Assembly: GCA_017853715.1 (NCBI GenBank)
Contig: JAFMIZ010000002.1
Span: forward strand, 20,128-84,127
Source: Pedosphaera sp.
GTDB lineage: Bacteria; Verrucomicrobiota; Verrucomicrobiia; Limisphaerales; DSYF01
Direction: 5' to 3'
Length of the DNA: 64,000 bases
Below are positions 52,949 through 62,228 of the stretch, piece by piece; the stretch's first letter is position 1; each line of letters starts with the position of its first letter. A program made the position numbers and the translations under genes. The notes below the pieces were generated by a model, which searched no databases, was not told the origin of the DNA, and worked only from the letters and a program-made list of their open reading frames with translations.

Positions 52949-53830
52949 TCAGCTTCTTCCGGCAGCCGAAGGCTCACCTTCGTCATCATCCTCCTCTTCG
53001 ATCGCATCCTTCGTCCGGCGAGGGAGCCAGGGCCGCACGAAACCGTAGAGCAGATAGATGGCGAAGCATGCCGGAGCGGCAACCGGTAATACCTTCTCCC
53101 AGAGAATCACAAAGAAGCCAAGCGTCACCACGATGATGACCATCTTGAGGAAAGAGCGCTTGGCCCGGAAGTCCAGTGACTTGAAGCTCGGGTAGCGCAC
53201 CTCGCTGACCATCATGGCGGAGAGGAAGATCATGATGCCGGGCAGCACGTAGCGCCACTTGGTTTGCGGGAAGTCACGCTCGTTCAGCCAGAGCAGCAAA
53301 AGAGTCAACGACGCCACCAAACCGGCGGCGGCCGGGATTGGGAACCCGAGGAACTCCTTGCCGCCACCGTTTCCCTGCATGGCGGCCAGACAGTTGAACC
53401 GGGCCAGCCGGAACGCACCGCAAATCAGATAGACACTGGCGATGAACCAGCCGAAGGCGTGATACGGATCAGGAAAGACATCGGCCAGCACCACGCGATG
53501 CACGAGAAACGCGGGCGCCGCGCCGAAGGAGACGATGTCCGCCAGTGAATCAAACTCCCGCCCGAAGGGGCTCTCGCTCCCCACCATGCGCGCCACACGG
53601 CCGTCCAGCAAGTCGAACAGGCAGGCCAGCAGGATGAGAAACAGGGCATGCATGATGGCCTGGTTGAAGACGGTGAAGTTTGACTGGTCAGCTTCAACGA
53701 TCTTGGTCAGCGCGAGAAACCCGCAGAACAAGTTGCCCGCCGTGAGGAGATTCGGCAGAAAATAGATCTTCAGCCGCGCGCTGTCCGCCGCCTGATCCCG
53801 GCCAGTTTCTGGAGCGCCATTCATGTTCAT
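52949..53830 (-). CDS. pssA: CDP-diacylglycerol--serine O-phosphatidyltransferase
   Basis: I chose the ATG at 53830, which forms an ATGA overlap with the psd stop. The CDP-alcohol phosphatidyltransferase motif is DLLDGRVARMVGSESPFGREFDSLADIVSFG. Confidence 0.9.
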   Translation of the reverse strand: MNMNGAPETGRDQAADSARLKIYFLPNLLTAGNLFCGFLALTKIVEADQSNFTVFNQAIMHALFLILLACLFDLLDGRVARMVGSESPFGREFDSLADIVSFGAAPAFLVHRVVLADVFPDPYHAFGWFIASVYLICGAFRLARFNCLAAMQGNGGGKEFLGFPIPAAAGLVASLTLLLLWLNERDFPQTKWRYVLPGIMIFLSAMMVSEVRYPSFKSLDFRAKRSFLKMVIIVVTLGFFVILWEKVLPVAAPACFAIYLLYGFVRPWLPRRTKDAIEEEDDDEGEPSAAGRS

Positions 53831-54513
53831 TCGAAAGTGGCCAGCACCGTCTCTCCGCCCACGGCACGGTCCCCCAGCTTCACGGAAACCTTGGCATGCA
53901 TCGGCAGGTAGACATCCACGCGTGAACCGAATTGGATCAAGCTGATGCGCTCGCCGCGTTGGATCTCTTCGTCCATCTCGATCCATGGCACAAGCCGCCG
54001 GGCAATCAGCCCCGTGATCAACCGCACGCCTACCTTCTCGCCCGCGGGGTCCGCCGCCGTGATGCCGACGAGAATGTTTTCATTGTGCGCGGCGGATTCC
54101 GTCTTGAGGGCGTTGAGGAATTTGCCCTCGGTGTATTTGAAGTAGCTGACCCTGCCGCTGACCGGCGCGTTCTGCACATGCACGTCGAACACGGAAAGGA
54201 AGATGGAGATGCGGCGGCACTCTCCCTGCATGAATCGCGGCTCATGCATGACGTCGATCACATCCACCTTGCCGTGCCCGGGCGACACCACCAAACCCGG
54301 CCCGGCGGGCACCTGCGCATCGGGATCGCGAAAGAAGTAGAGCGTGAACAGAGCGAACGGAACCCACAGCACGAACATCACCGTGGCCACCGTCACCATG
54401 ACAGGACCGACGAACACGGCCAACAATCCCACGGCCGCCAGCGCAGCCAGCGCGACAAACGTCCACAGCAACATGCGCCGTGCGGCTTTGCCCGCTCTTC
54501 CAGAATTCTTCAT
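53827..54513 (-). CDS. psd: phosphatidylserine decarboxylase family proenzyme (short form)
   Basis: 228-aa ORF with N-terminal TM segments. GERISLIQFGSRVDVYLP contains the G-S self-cleavage site context. Confidence 0.85.
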   Translation of the reverse strand: MKNSGRAGKAARRMLLWTFVALAALAAVGLLAVFVGPVMVTVATVMFVLWVPFALFTLYFFRDPDAQVPAGPGLVVSPGHGKVDVIDVMHEPRFMQGECRRISIFLSVFDVHVQNAPVSGRVSYFKYTEGKFLNALKTESAAHNENILVGITAADPAGEKVGVRLITGLIARRLVPWIEMDEEIQRGERISLIQFGSRVDVYLPMHAKVSVKLGDRAVGGETVLATFE

Positions 54514-54585
54514 GGGCGCAGCTTAGGCCGTTTGCTCTGGCGCATCAAAGGGGAAATGCGGAGAGAACCGCCGGTCCAGACGGCC

Positions 54586-56364
54586 TCAAGGGAATAACTG
54601 GGGCGCACTTTGCCTCGCTAACGCCTTGCAGCGGTCGAGGATTTCGGCGCTGGATTCGCACTGCAACGCGAATGCCGCGAGTTGGCTGGCTTCGCTCATC
54701 TTCAACTGGCGGATGAGGAATTTGATCTGCGGAACCGTCGGGGGTGCGGCGCTTAATTCATCCACGCCCAAACCCAGCAGCAGCGGCACCAAATGCAGTT
54801 CCCCGGCCATTTCACCGCAAACGCCGGCCCAATGGCCCGCCTTGTGGGCGGCATCCACGGTCAACTTGATCAGGCGCACAATCGCTGGATGCGTCGGTTC
54901 GTAGAGGTGCGCAATCTTCTCATTGGTCCGGTCCACCGCCAGCGAATACTGGATCAGGTCGTTGGTCCCGATGCTGAAGAATTTGGCGCGCTTTGCCAGG
55001 GCATCCGCCGTCAACGCGGCCGACGGAGTCTCAATCATGATGCCCACTTCCATGTTTTCATCGAAGGGGATCTTCGCAGCCCGCAACTCACCCCGGCACT
55101 CATCGAGCAACGCATTTGCGCGGATCAGCTCCTCCAAGCCCGAGATCATCGGATACATCAGCTTGACGTTGCCCACGACGCTGGCTCGCAGAATGGCCCG
55201 CAACTGCGCCCGGAACACTTCCTGTTCCTCCAAGCAAAACCGTATGGCCCGCCAGCCCAAAAAAGGATTCATCTCATCGGGCACATCCGTGTGGGAGCGG
55301 AATTTGTCGCCACCCAAATCCAGGGTTCGGATAACCACTGGCGCAGGCTTTAACGCTGCTGCTGCCTTGTGATAAGCTTGAAACTGCTCTTCCTCGGTGG
55401 GCAGTTCAGCCTGGTTGATGAAGAGGTATTCGGACCGGAACAGCCCGATGCCCTCCGCGCCGCAATCAATGATCGCCTGCGCGTCATCGGCGTGCTCGAC
55501 ATTTCCAGAAAGCGTGATGCGATGCCCGTCCGCTGTAATCGCCGGCTCGTGCTGCAACTCGCGCAGCTTGTCATGCAACGACTCTTGCTGCGCCTCCAGC
55601 TGGCCATATTCGGCCAGCGTGCGCGCGGAGGGATTGATGATGATGACGCCGTTGACGCCATCCAGCAGGACGAAATCGCCCGTGGAGATTTCGCTGGTGA
55701 TTGTCTTAAGGCCCACCACCGCGGGGATTTCCATCGAGCGAGCCATGATTGCCGTGTGCGAAGTTCTGCTGCCCACATCCGTCGCAAAGCCCAGCACTTT
55801 GTCGTGATCCATCTGCGCGGTTTGTGAAGGCGCGAGATCGTGCGCCACAATGATGCAAGGTTCCTTCAACACATGGCGCAAATCGGCCTCATCACCGTTG
55901 CCGCGCAAGTTGTTCAGCACGCGAGAAGCGATATCGCGCATGTCCCCGGCCCGTTCGCGCAAGTAATCATCCTCGACCGCTGCTAGGGAGGAGGCGTAGC
56001 GCTCTGCGACCGAGTGATACGCGAACTCCGCGTTGCAGTGCTGACTCTGGATCAGGCGCAACACCTCGTTGTTCAACTCGGGATCATCCAGCACCAACAG
56101 GTGCGCCTCGAAGATGCTGTCATGCTCACCGCCGGTACGTTCGGAGAGTTTCTTCTGGACCTCGATCAACTGTTGCCGGGTCAGCACCAGCGCCCGCTCG
56201 AAGCGTTGGATTTCAACGGTGACATGCGCCTCGCTGATGGTCTGAATTTTGACGGAGGAGTGGCTGGGTTTGCCAAGCACCAAAGCCTTGCCCTGCCCCA
56301 CTCCCGGGGACACAGCAACGCCGTGAAAAACTTTTTCCGCGGCTTTAATGGAGTTCGGCATCAC
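54586..56364 (-). CDS. ptsI: phosphoenolpyruvate--protein phosphotransferase (PTS enzyme I)
   Basis: 592-aa ORF. The phospho-His region is GSRTSHTAIMARS. The PEP-utilising TIM barrel carries IGTNDLIQYSLAVDR and CGEMAG. There is no N-terminal GAF domain. Confidence 0.9.
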   Translation of the reverse strand: MMPNSIKAAEKVFHGVAVSPGVGQGKALVLGKPSHSSVKIQTISEAHVTVEIQRFERALVLTRQQLIEVQKKLSERTGGEHDSIFEAHLLVLDDPELNNEVLRLIQSQHCNAEFAYHSVAERYASSLAAVEDDYLRERAGDMRDIASRVLNNLRGNGDEADLRHVLKEPCIIVAHDLAPSQTAQMDHDKVLGFATDVGSRTSHTAIMARSMEIPAVVGLKTITSEISTGDFVLLDGVNGVIIINPSARTLAEYGQLEAQQESLHDKLRELQHEPAITADGHRITLSGNVEHADDAQAIIDCGAEGIGLFRSEYLFINQAELPTEEEQFQAYHKAAAALKPAPVVIRTLDLGGDKFRSHTDVPDEMNPFLGWRAIRFCLEEQEVFRAQLRAILRASVVGNVKLMYPMISGLEELIRANALLDECRGELRAAKIPFDENMEVGIMIETPSAALTADALAKRAKFFSIGTNDLIQYSLAVDRTNEKIAHLYEPTHPAIVRLIKLTVDAAHKAGHWAGVCGEMAGELHLVPLLLGLGVDELSAAPPTVPQIKFLIRQLKMSEASQLAAFALQCESSAEILDRCKALARQSAPQLFP

Positions 56365-56489
56365 TCAAAAGATGGCGAAGGACCCTAATTTTGGAAACAC
56401 TTTCTTTGTTGATTCAAAGGGTATTCCTTCGCTTTCGCCCCGATGCCTGCAGGTTGCTCGCTTGGGCATTCCTGATTTAATTCCGCCCC

Positions 56490-57384
56490 ATGCACCTTGA
56501 GAGCCTTCCCCCGTTTCCCCTGGCCTGCCTGCCCACGCCGATCCATCCCCTGCCCGCCTCGACGAAATTGCTGGGCGATCCCAGCCTTCGGATCAAGCGC
56601 GATGGCCAGAGGGCCTGGCCAGTCGAATCATTGCCAATAGACGGCTGCAGCAGCTGCCTTGGCGGGCCTCAAATGCGGACTCGTGATTAACGGCACTCGG
56701 CCCGACGTGCCGAATGGCGATGTTCTGTTGGACGCTCCACTCGGCGCATCCGGGCATTGGATTGAAAGGCCCAGCGCGGCGCGAAGCTGAAGGAGCTGCC
56801 CAAACAACTGCGGGCGCAGCAAGCCCTGCGTCATTCCCGTGGGCGGCTCGAATGGAATCGGCGCCACCGGCTACGTGATCGCCATGTTCAAGTTGGTTGA
56901 GGAATTGCGCCGCCAATGCCCGCGGGTGGAACATACATTTTCGGCACCAGCTCGGGCGGCCCCAAGCAGGCATGGCGTTGGGCGCCAAGCTGGCCGGGTT
57001 CGATCGCCAAGTGCATGGCTTGTCCATCAACCGCGATGATCCCGAGACCCATCCGTTAGAGGAGGAGCTGGCGGACATTGCCAACGAGTGCGCGGCATGG
57101 ATCGGGACTGGCGTGCGCCTCAAACCGTCTGACTTGAGCGTAATCTATAGCATCGAGGCCGCGGCTACGGCATGGTGAACGACGCGGAACGCGATGCGAT
57201 CACCCTGATGACCCGCCACGAAGGCGTCCCGGTGGATTCCGCAAACTCGGGTCGCGCGTTGGGCGGCTTGATTGACCAAATCCGCAGGGGCCGTTTCAAA
57301 CGTGTCGAACCGCTCTTGTTCTGGCACACCGGCGGCGCACCCGCTCATCCCGCTTACGCCAAAGATTTGCTTCCTGCCCCGTGA
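56490..57384 (+). pseudogene. decayed D-cysteine desulfhydrase / ACC deaminase family (PLP fold type II) gene
   Basis: Homologous pieces are spread over three frames. These are LPTPIHPLPASTKLLGDPSLRIKRDGQ (56490 frame), QSNHCQ*TAAAAALAGLKCGLVING (with an in-frame TAG), KPCVIPVGGSNGIGATGYVIAMFKLVEELRRQ, PQAGMALGAKLAGFDRQVHGLSI, and GYGMVNDAERDAITLMTRHEGVPVD...LLFWHTGGAP. About 35 codons are also missing between IKRD and QSNH. Confidence 0.75.
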
Positions 57385-57443
57385 GTTGAAAACCGACGCC
57401 GATGCCTTGCGCTGATGGAGATTCACCCCGACACTCCCGCTCG

Positions 57444-58745
57444 ATGAACGTTGAACTCATCAATACCGGCTCAGAGTTGTTGCTGGGCCGCACACTGAAC
57501 ACCCACCAGCAGTGGCTCTGCCGTCGGCTTTCCGACCACGGCTACCTGGTCGCCCGGCAGGTCTGCGTTCCGGATACTGGAACCTCCATTCAGCAAGCCG
57601 TTCGTGAAGCCCTTGACCGGGCAGACATCATCATCGTCACCGGCGGACTTGGCCCCACTTCCGACGATATCACCCGAGAACTCATCGCCGATCTTTTCCA
57701 AAAGCCATTGCGTCAGGACCCAGCCATCGTGGCTGGGCTGCGCGAGTTCTTTGCAAGGCGCAACCGTCCCATGGCTGAATCCAATCTCGTTCAGGCCATG
57801 GTTCCCGAAGGAGCAATCGTGTTGCCGAACCCAAACGGCACTGCCCCCGGCTTGGCGATGAAGGTCGAGGCTGGTGGCAGTAAGATCGAGGATGGAACCG
57901 GGGCAAACACACCATCTTCCATCCTCCACCCTCGTTCCCCGCGCTGGCTAATCATGTTGCCCGGGCCACCGCGTGAGCTGCACCCCATGTTCACCAACCA
58001 CGTGCTGCCGTTGCTGCAGCGCGAAATGCCGACGGAAACCTTCATCTGCCGGACGCTACGCACCACCGGGCTGGGCGAATCCGCGCTGCAAGAAATGATT
58101 GCGGCACCCTTGAGCCAGCTGGTCAGCGCGGGGTTGCAACTCGGTTACTGCGCCCGCCCCGGAGAAGTAGATGTGCGTTTGGCCGCTCGCGGGCCCACCG
58201 CGAACCGGATCGTGGGCGAGGCTGCAGACATCGTTCAGGATCTCCTCGCGAAATTCATTTTCGCCGAGGAGGATGATGAACTCGAAACCGTCATCGTGCG
58301 CACACTGACCGCTGGCAGACTAACGCTCGCCCTCGCGGAGTCCTGCACCGGCGGCTGCATCGCCCACCGCATCACCAATGTGCCAGGCGCTTCTGCCGTC
58401 CTCCTTGCCGGGATGGTGACCTACGCCAACGTAGCCAAGACGAAGTTTGTCGGGGTACGACCTGAAACGCTGGCCGCCCACGGGGCCGTCAGCGAGGCAG
58501 TCTGCCGCGAGATGGCCGAAGGGGTCCGCCGTGAAACCGGGGCTGACTTTTCCATCGCCGTCACCGGCATCGCCGGGCCAACTGGCGGATCCCCGGAAAA
58601 ACCCGTCGGCACCGTCTTCATCGGAGTTAGCAGCTCGTCCGGAACGGTCGTTTCGAAGAACCTGAACCGCTACGAACGCGAGGCATTCAAGCAAATAACC
58701 GCCCAGCAGGCCCTGGAGCTACTACGACGAAGCATTACCGGCTGA
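57444..58745 (+). CDS. cinA: CinA-family protein (MoCF-binding domain + NMN deamidase domain)
   Basis: I chose the ATG at 57444 (MNVELINTGSELLLG). IIIVTGGLGPTSDDITRE, NPNGTAPGL and LPGPPRELHPMF are present. The C-terminal PncC-like region reads TLALAESCTGGCIAHRITNVPGAS ... GIAGPTGGSPEKPVGTVFIG. Confidence 0.85.
   Translation: MNVELINTGSELLLGRTLNTHQQWLCRRLSDHGYLVARQVCVPDTGTSIQQAVREALDRADIIIVTGGLGPTSDDITRELIADLFQKPLRQDPAIVAGLREFFARRNRPMAESNLVQAMVPEGAIVLPNPNGTAPGLAMKVEAGGSKIEDGTGANTPSSILHPRSPRWLIMLPGPPRELHPMFTNHVLPLLQREMPTETFICRTLRTTGLGESALQEMIAAPLSQLVSAGLQLGYCARPGEVDVRLAARGPTANRIVGEAADIVQDLLAKFIFAEEDDELETVIVRTLTAGRLTLALAESCTGGCIAHRITNVPGASAVLLAGMVTYANVAKTKFVGVRPETLAAHGAVSEAVCREMAEGVRRETGADFSIAVTGIAGPTGGSPEKPVGTVFIGVSSSSGTVVSKNLNRYEREAFKQITAQQALELLRRSITG
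57873..57929 (+). repeat. in-frame repeat element inside cinA, homologous to 37571-37618 in mfd
   Basis: This stretch encodes GGSKIEDGTGANTPSSILH. It contains the 10-bp inverted repeat gaggatggaa (57888-57897) / ttccatcctc (57918-57927). It lengthens the GTAPGL...LPGPP spacer to 34 aa, versus about 12 aa in B. subtilis CinA (from memory). Confidence 0.6.
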
Positions 58746-58820
58746 GAGGCCTCACGCGAAGAATGCCAAGGTCGCAACGAATGGCCTCCCATCCCTTTGC
58801 GCACTTCGCGTCCTGTGCGT

Positions 58821-58857
58821 GAGAAAAGAAAAGCCCGCAGACTCCACGCCTGCGGGC
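58821..58857 (-). terminator. rho-independent terminator of the ferredoxin gene
   Basis: The minus strand reads GCCCGCAG-gcgtggagt-CTGCGGGC followed by TTTTCTTTTCTC. The stems are at 58850-58857 and 58833-58840 and the U-tract at 58821-58832. It starts 22 nt after the ferredoxin stop codon. Confidence 0.65.
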
Positions 58858-58879
58858 TGCAAAATCTCCGGAGGACTGT

Positions 58880-59113
58880 CTATGCGCCGTCGTCGCCGAT
58901 CGCCTCGACCGGGCAGCCTTCCTTGGCTTCCTTGCAGCGGGCTTCTTCGTCGTCGTTGTCGGGTTGCTTGTAAACGACGGAGTAACCACCGTCCTCGTTG
59001 CGCTTGAAGTTATCCGGCGCGGTCTCGCGGCACAGGTCGCAGTCGATGCACTGGTTGTCCACGTAGTACTTCCCGCCGGCGTTCTCGGGGTATTTGTTTG
59101 CTTTGTCAGCCAT
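58880..59113 (-). CDS. small ferredoxin (single [3Fe-4S]/[4Fe-4S] cluster type)
   Basis: 77-aa ORF. YYVDNQCIDCDLCRETAP plus the distal CPVEAI give the Cys ligand pattern of mono-cluster ferredoxins. Confidence 0.8.
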   Translation of the reverse strand: MADKANKYPENAGGKYYVDNQCIDCDLCRETAPDNFKRNEDGGYSVVYKQPDNDDEEARCKEAKEGCPVEAIGDDGA

Positions 59114-59181
59114 AAATTCAATCAGGTTGTATTGCTATAAAACCGCCTCTCCCGGCAAAACGCAAGTTGCAATCCGGTCGA

Positions 59182-60636
59182 CTACTTGAACGATAGCACC
59201 GCCGCCTCCGCAGCCTTCATCAGCGGGTTGGGGTAAATGCCGATGAACAAAATCCCCACCAAACAGGCAGCCACGGTCAATGTTGCCGGGAGCGACAGCG
59301 TCACTGCGGACTTCTCCGCAGCCTCTCCGCCCCAATAAATCGCCCGCACCACGCCCAAATAATAGGCCAGGGAAATCACCACGCCAACGACCGCAATCCC
59401 GACCAGCCAATAGAACGACTGATGTTCTGCGCCCACGACCAGGGCCGACTTGATGAGCAGGAGCTTGCCAAAAAAACCTGCCAGCGGGGGGATGCCTGCC
59501 AGCGAGACCATGCTAATGGTCATGGCCGCTGCCAGTAGCGGTGAACGCTGATGCAAGCCCGCCAGCGAACTGATCTCCTCGGCTCCCGTATCCCGCAAAA
59601 CAAGGACGATCACAACGAACGCCGCCAGCACGGTGAACAGATACCCACTCAGATAGTACAGGACTGCCGACTGGCCCGCCGTCGTCGCCGCCGCGATACC
59701 CAGCAACAGATACCCGGCGTGTGAAATACTGGAGTAACCCAGCAGACGCTTGATGTTTGTTTGGGGCAGCGCGCAAAGATTTCCGTAGAGAATGGTCAAC
59801 GCCGAGATCACCACCAGCAGCTTCCACCATTGGGCGGTCACTTCCGGCACGGCGACGAACAACACGCGCATCAGCAGCACCATGCCGGCGGCTTTGGAGC
59901 CCACGGCAAGGAAAGCCGTCGTGGGTGTGGGCGCGCCCTGATACACATCGGGCGCCCAAATCTGGAAGGGCACTGCAGCAATCTTGAAACCCAACCCGAC
60001 GAGCAAAAACAGCAGGCCGAAGAGGAACAGTTTATTGTTCACCAAACCCGCCTCCGGAGAAGCCAGCTTCGCCGCGATGTCGCCAAAATTGAATGAACCA
60101 CTCGTGCCGAAAATGAAGGCGATACCAAACACCATGAACGCCGAGGACAGCGCGCCGATGATGAGATACTTCACCCCCGCCTCCAAAGACGTTGCCCGGC
60201 CGCGCTGAAAGCTGACCAGCACGTAGAACGTCACGGTGATGAGTTCCAGTGCGACGAAGAGCAGCGCAAAGTCATTGGCAGACGCGGCGAACATCATGCC
60301 CGCCGAGGCAAACAGGATGAGGGAGTAGTATTCCGAAATGCCCGCCTGGATGCGGTCGGAGAATTCCACCGCCATCAGCAGCACCAGGATGGTCGCCACG
60401 AGGAAGAACCGTTTGAAGAACAACGCCATCCCGTCGAGCACATACATCTGGCGGAAGGCAAAAGGCGACTCCGGGACGGAGGTCAACAGGCTGCAAATCA
60501 GTATCGCGCCGACGCCCGCCGACGCCAGATAACCCAAGCCACGCTTGCGCTCCGGCGGCAGCCACAGGTCGGCCAGCATGACGCCCAACGCGAGTAGCAG
60601 CAGCGTTATTTCGTGTTTAAGAATCAGAACGTTCAT
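59182..60636 (-). CDS. nuoN: NADH-quinone oxidoreductase subunit N
   Basis: 484-aa polytopic ORF directly after nuoM (1-nt overlap). It shows the antiporter-like Mrp/Nuo subunit pattern (YSSISHAGYLLLG) and its position in the L-M-N order fits. Confidence 0.9.
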   Translation of the reverse strand: MNVLILKHEITLLLLALGVMLADLWLPPERKRGLGYLASAGVGAILICSLLTSVPESPFAFRQMYVLDGMALFFKRFFLVATILVLLMAVEFSDRIQAGISEYYSLILFASAGMMFAASANDFALLFVALELITVTFYVLVSFQRGRATSLEAGVKYLIIGALSSAFMVFGIAFIFGTSGSFNFGDIAAKLASPEAGLVNNKLFLFGLLFLLVGLGFKIAAVPFQIWAPDVYQGAPTPTTAFLAVGSKAAGMVLLMRVLFVAVPEVTAQWWKLLVVISALTILYGNLCALPQTNIKRLLGYSSISHAGYLLLGIAAATTAGQSAVLYYLSGYLFTVLAAFVVIVLVLRDTGAEEISSLAGLHQRSPLLAAAMTISMVSLAGIPPLAGFFGKLLLIKSALVVGAEHQSFYWLVGIAVVGVVISLAYYLGVVRAIYWGGEAAEKSAVTLSLPATLTVAACLVGILFIGIYPNPLMKAAEAAVLSFK

Positions 60637-62225
60637 TAATTGCCCTCCGTGGCGGTGTCTCGCGAGCGCGCCGCTGCATGAGCCTCCTCGCTATCCGCTT
60701 CAGCTGCAGAGAGGGCAGGAGTGAGGGGCCGCGCGGCATTCACCATCATCACAATCTTCTCAGCGTCCGGCTTGATCTTTTCCGACAGCAACCGCGGGAA
60801 GAACCCAAACGCCAGCAGCGATGCCAGCAGCAAAGCGAACGGCAGCTTGCGCCAGGCGTTGGTTGCATCTGAAACATCGTTCCATTTGTCGGCCACCGGC
60901 CCATGCAGCACCGCGCGCACCGCACGCAGCATGTAAACCGCGCCGATCACCAGCGCACCCCAGACCGCAAAGACCATCACGACACGCAGGGCTTCATTTT
61001 GCCAGGCGCCAAAGAACACGCTGACTTCACCTGCAAAGTTGGCGAAGCCCGGCAGGCCGCAACCCGCCATCGCCGCCATCACGAGCGCCGCGCCCACGAA
61101 CGGCAGTTTGCGCAACAACCCGCCCAGCTCAGACATCTCCAACGTGCCCGTCTGCTGGCGAATGTAGCCGCTCAGGCCGAACGTGAGCGCCGCCAGGAAG
61201 CCGTGGGCAATCATCACCAGCACCGCACCCGTCACACCGATCAAATTCAGGCTGGCAATACCCAGAAAGATGAAACCCATATGCGCCACGCTGGAATTAC
61301 CGATGAGCAAATTGAGGTCACGTTGACGCATGGCCGTGAAGCCGCACCAGAGGATATTGCCCAAGCAGAGCCACGCGAGAAACTGCATCCAACCGTGGGC
61401 CGCCTCAGGCATCAACGGCAACGCCACACGGATGAGCCCGTAGAGGCCAAACTTCTTGAGCACGCCCGCGTGCAACATTGCCGTGGCCGTGGGAGCAGAG
61501 CCGTAACCAAGCGGTGCCCAAGAGTGAAACGGCCAGAGGGAAACCAGAATCCCAAAGCCGAACAGCAACATCGGGAAAATCAGGTTCTGCGAACCTGGCG
61601 CCATGGGATTCTCTTGGATGTGCCGCGTCAGCGCCGGGATGCTGAAGGTGTTCGCACCCGACTGGACGTAGAGCAGGATCAGCCCCACCAGAGCGATCAA
61701 TGCGCCGATGCTGAGATACAGCGTGATCTGGAAGGTGGCGAGGTTCTTCCGCTCACCGTGGCCCCAGACTCCGATCATGATGAACGTCGGGATCAACGCG
61801 AGTTCGTGGAAGAAGTAGAAGAAGAACAAGTCCAGCGACGCGAACGCGCCAAGGATGCCGCCGCTCATCACCAGCAACAGGACGTAAAATTCCTTCTCCC
61901 GCATGTTGATGTTCCACGAGCAGCAAGCTGCGGCAAAGGCAACGATGGCACCCATGAGCACCAAGCCCAGATTGATGCCATCCACCCCGACGTAGTAGCT
62001 GATGCCAAGCGACTCGACCCAGGGGATCTGCTGAACGAAGCGATAGCCATCGGCGTTGACCCCGGCACCCGGGAACTTCAAGAACAGGAGGACCGCCAGG
62101 AGCGCCGACGCAGCCGTGGCACCCAACGCCACCAGCCGCATGACGAAGCGGTAGTCACGCGGCACAAACGCCAGCCCCACCGCCGCCAACAGCGGCAAAC
62201 CGAGGATTGAGGTCAATATGGACAT
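60636..62225 (-). CDS. nuoM: NADH-quinone oxidoreductase subunit M
   Basis: 529-aa polytopic ORF with HSWAPLGYGSAPTATAMLHAGVLKKFGLYG and GNSSVAHMGFIFLG, as in NuoM/ND4. Confidence 0.9.
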   Translation of the reverse strand: MSILTSILGLPLLAAVGLAFVPRDYRFVMRLVALGATAASALLAVLLFLKFPGAGVNADGYRFVQQIPWVESLGISYYVGVDGINLGLVLMGAIVAFAAACCSWNINMREKEFYVLLLVMSGGILGAFASLDLFFFYFFHELALIPTFIMIGVWGHGERKNLATFQITLYLSIGALIALVGLILLYVQSGANTFSIPALTRHIQENPMAPGSQNLIFPMLLFGFGILVSLWPFHSWAPLGYGSAPTATAMLHAGVLKKFGLYGLIRVALPLMPEAAHGWMQFLAWLCLGNILWCGFTAMRQRDLNLLIGNSSVAHMGFIFLGIASLNLIGVTGAVLVMIAHGFLAALTFGLSGYIRQQTGTLEMSELGGLLRKLPFVGAALVMAAMAGCGLPGFANFAGEVSVFFGAWQNEALRVVMVFAVWGALVIGAVYMLRAVRAVLHGPVADKWNDVSDATNAWRKLPFALLLASLLAFGFFPRLLSEKIKPDAEKIVMMVNAARPLTPALSAAEADSEEAHAAARSRDTATEGN

Positions 62226-62228
62226 TGC

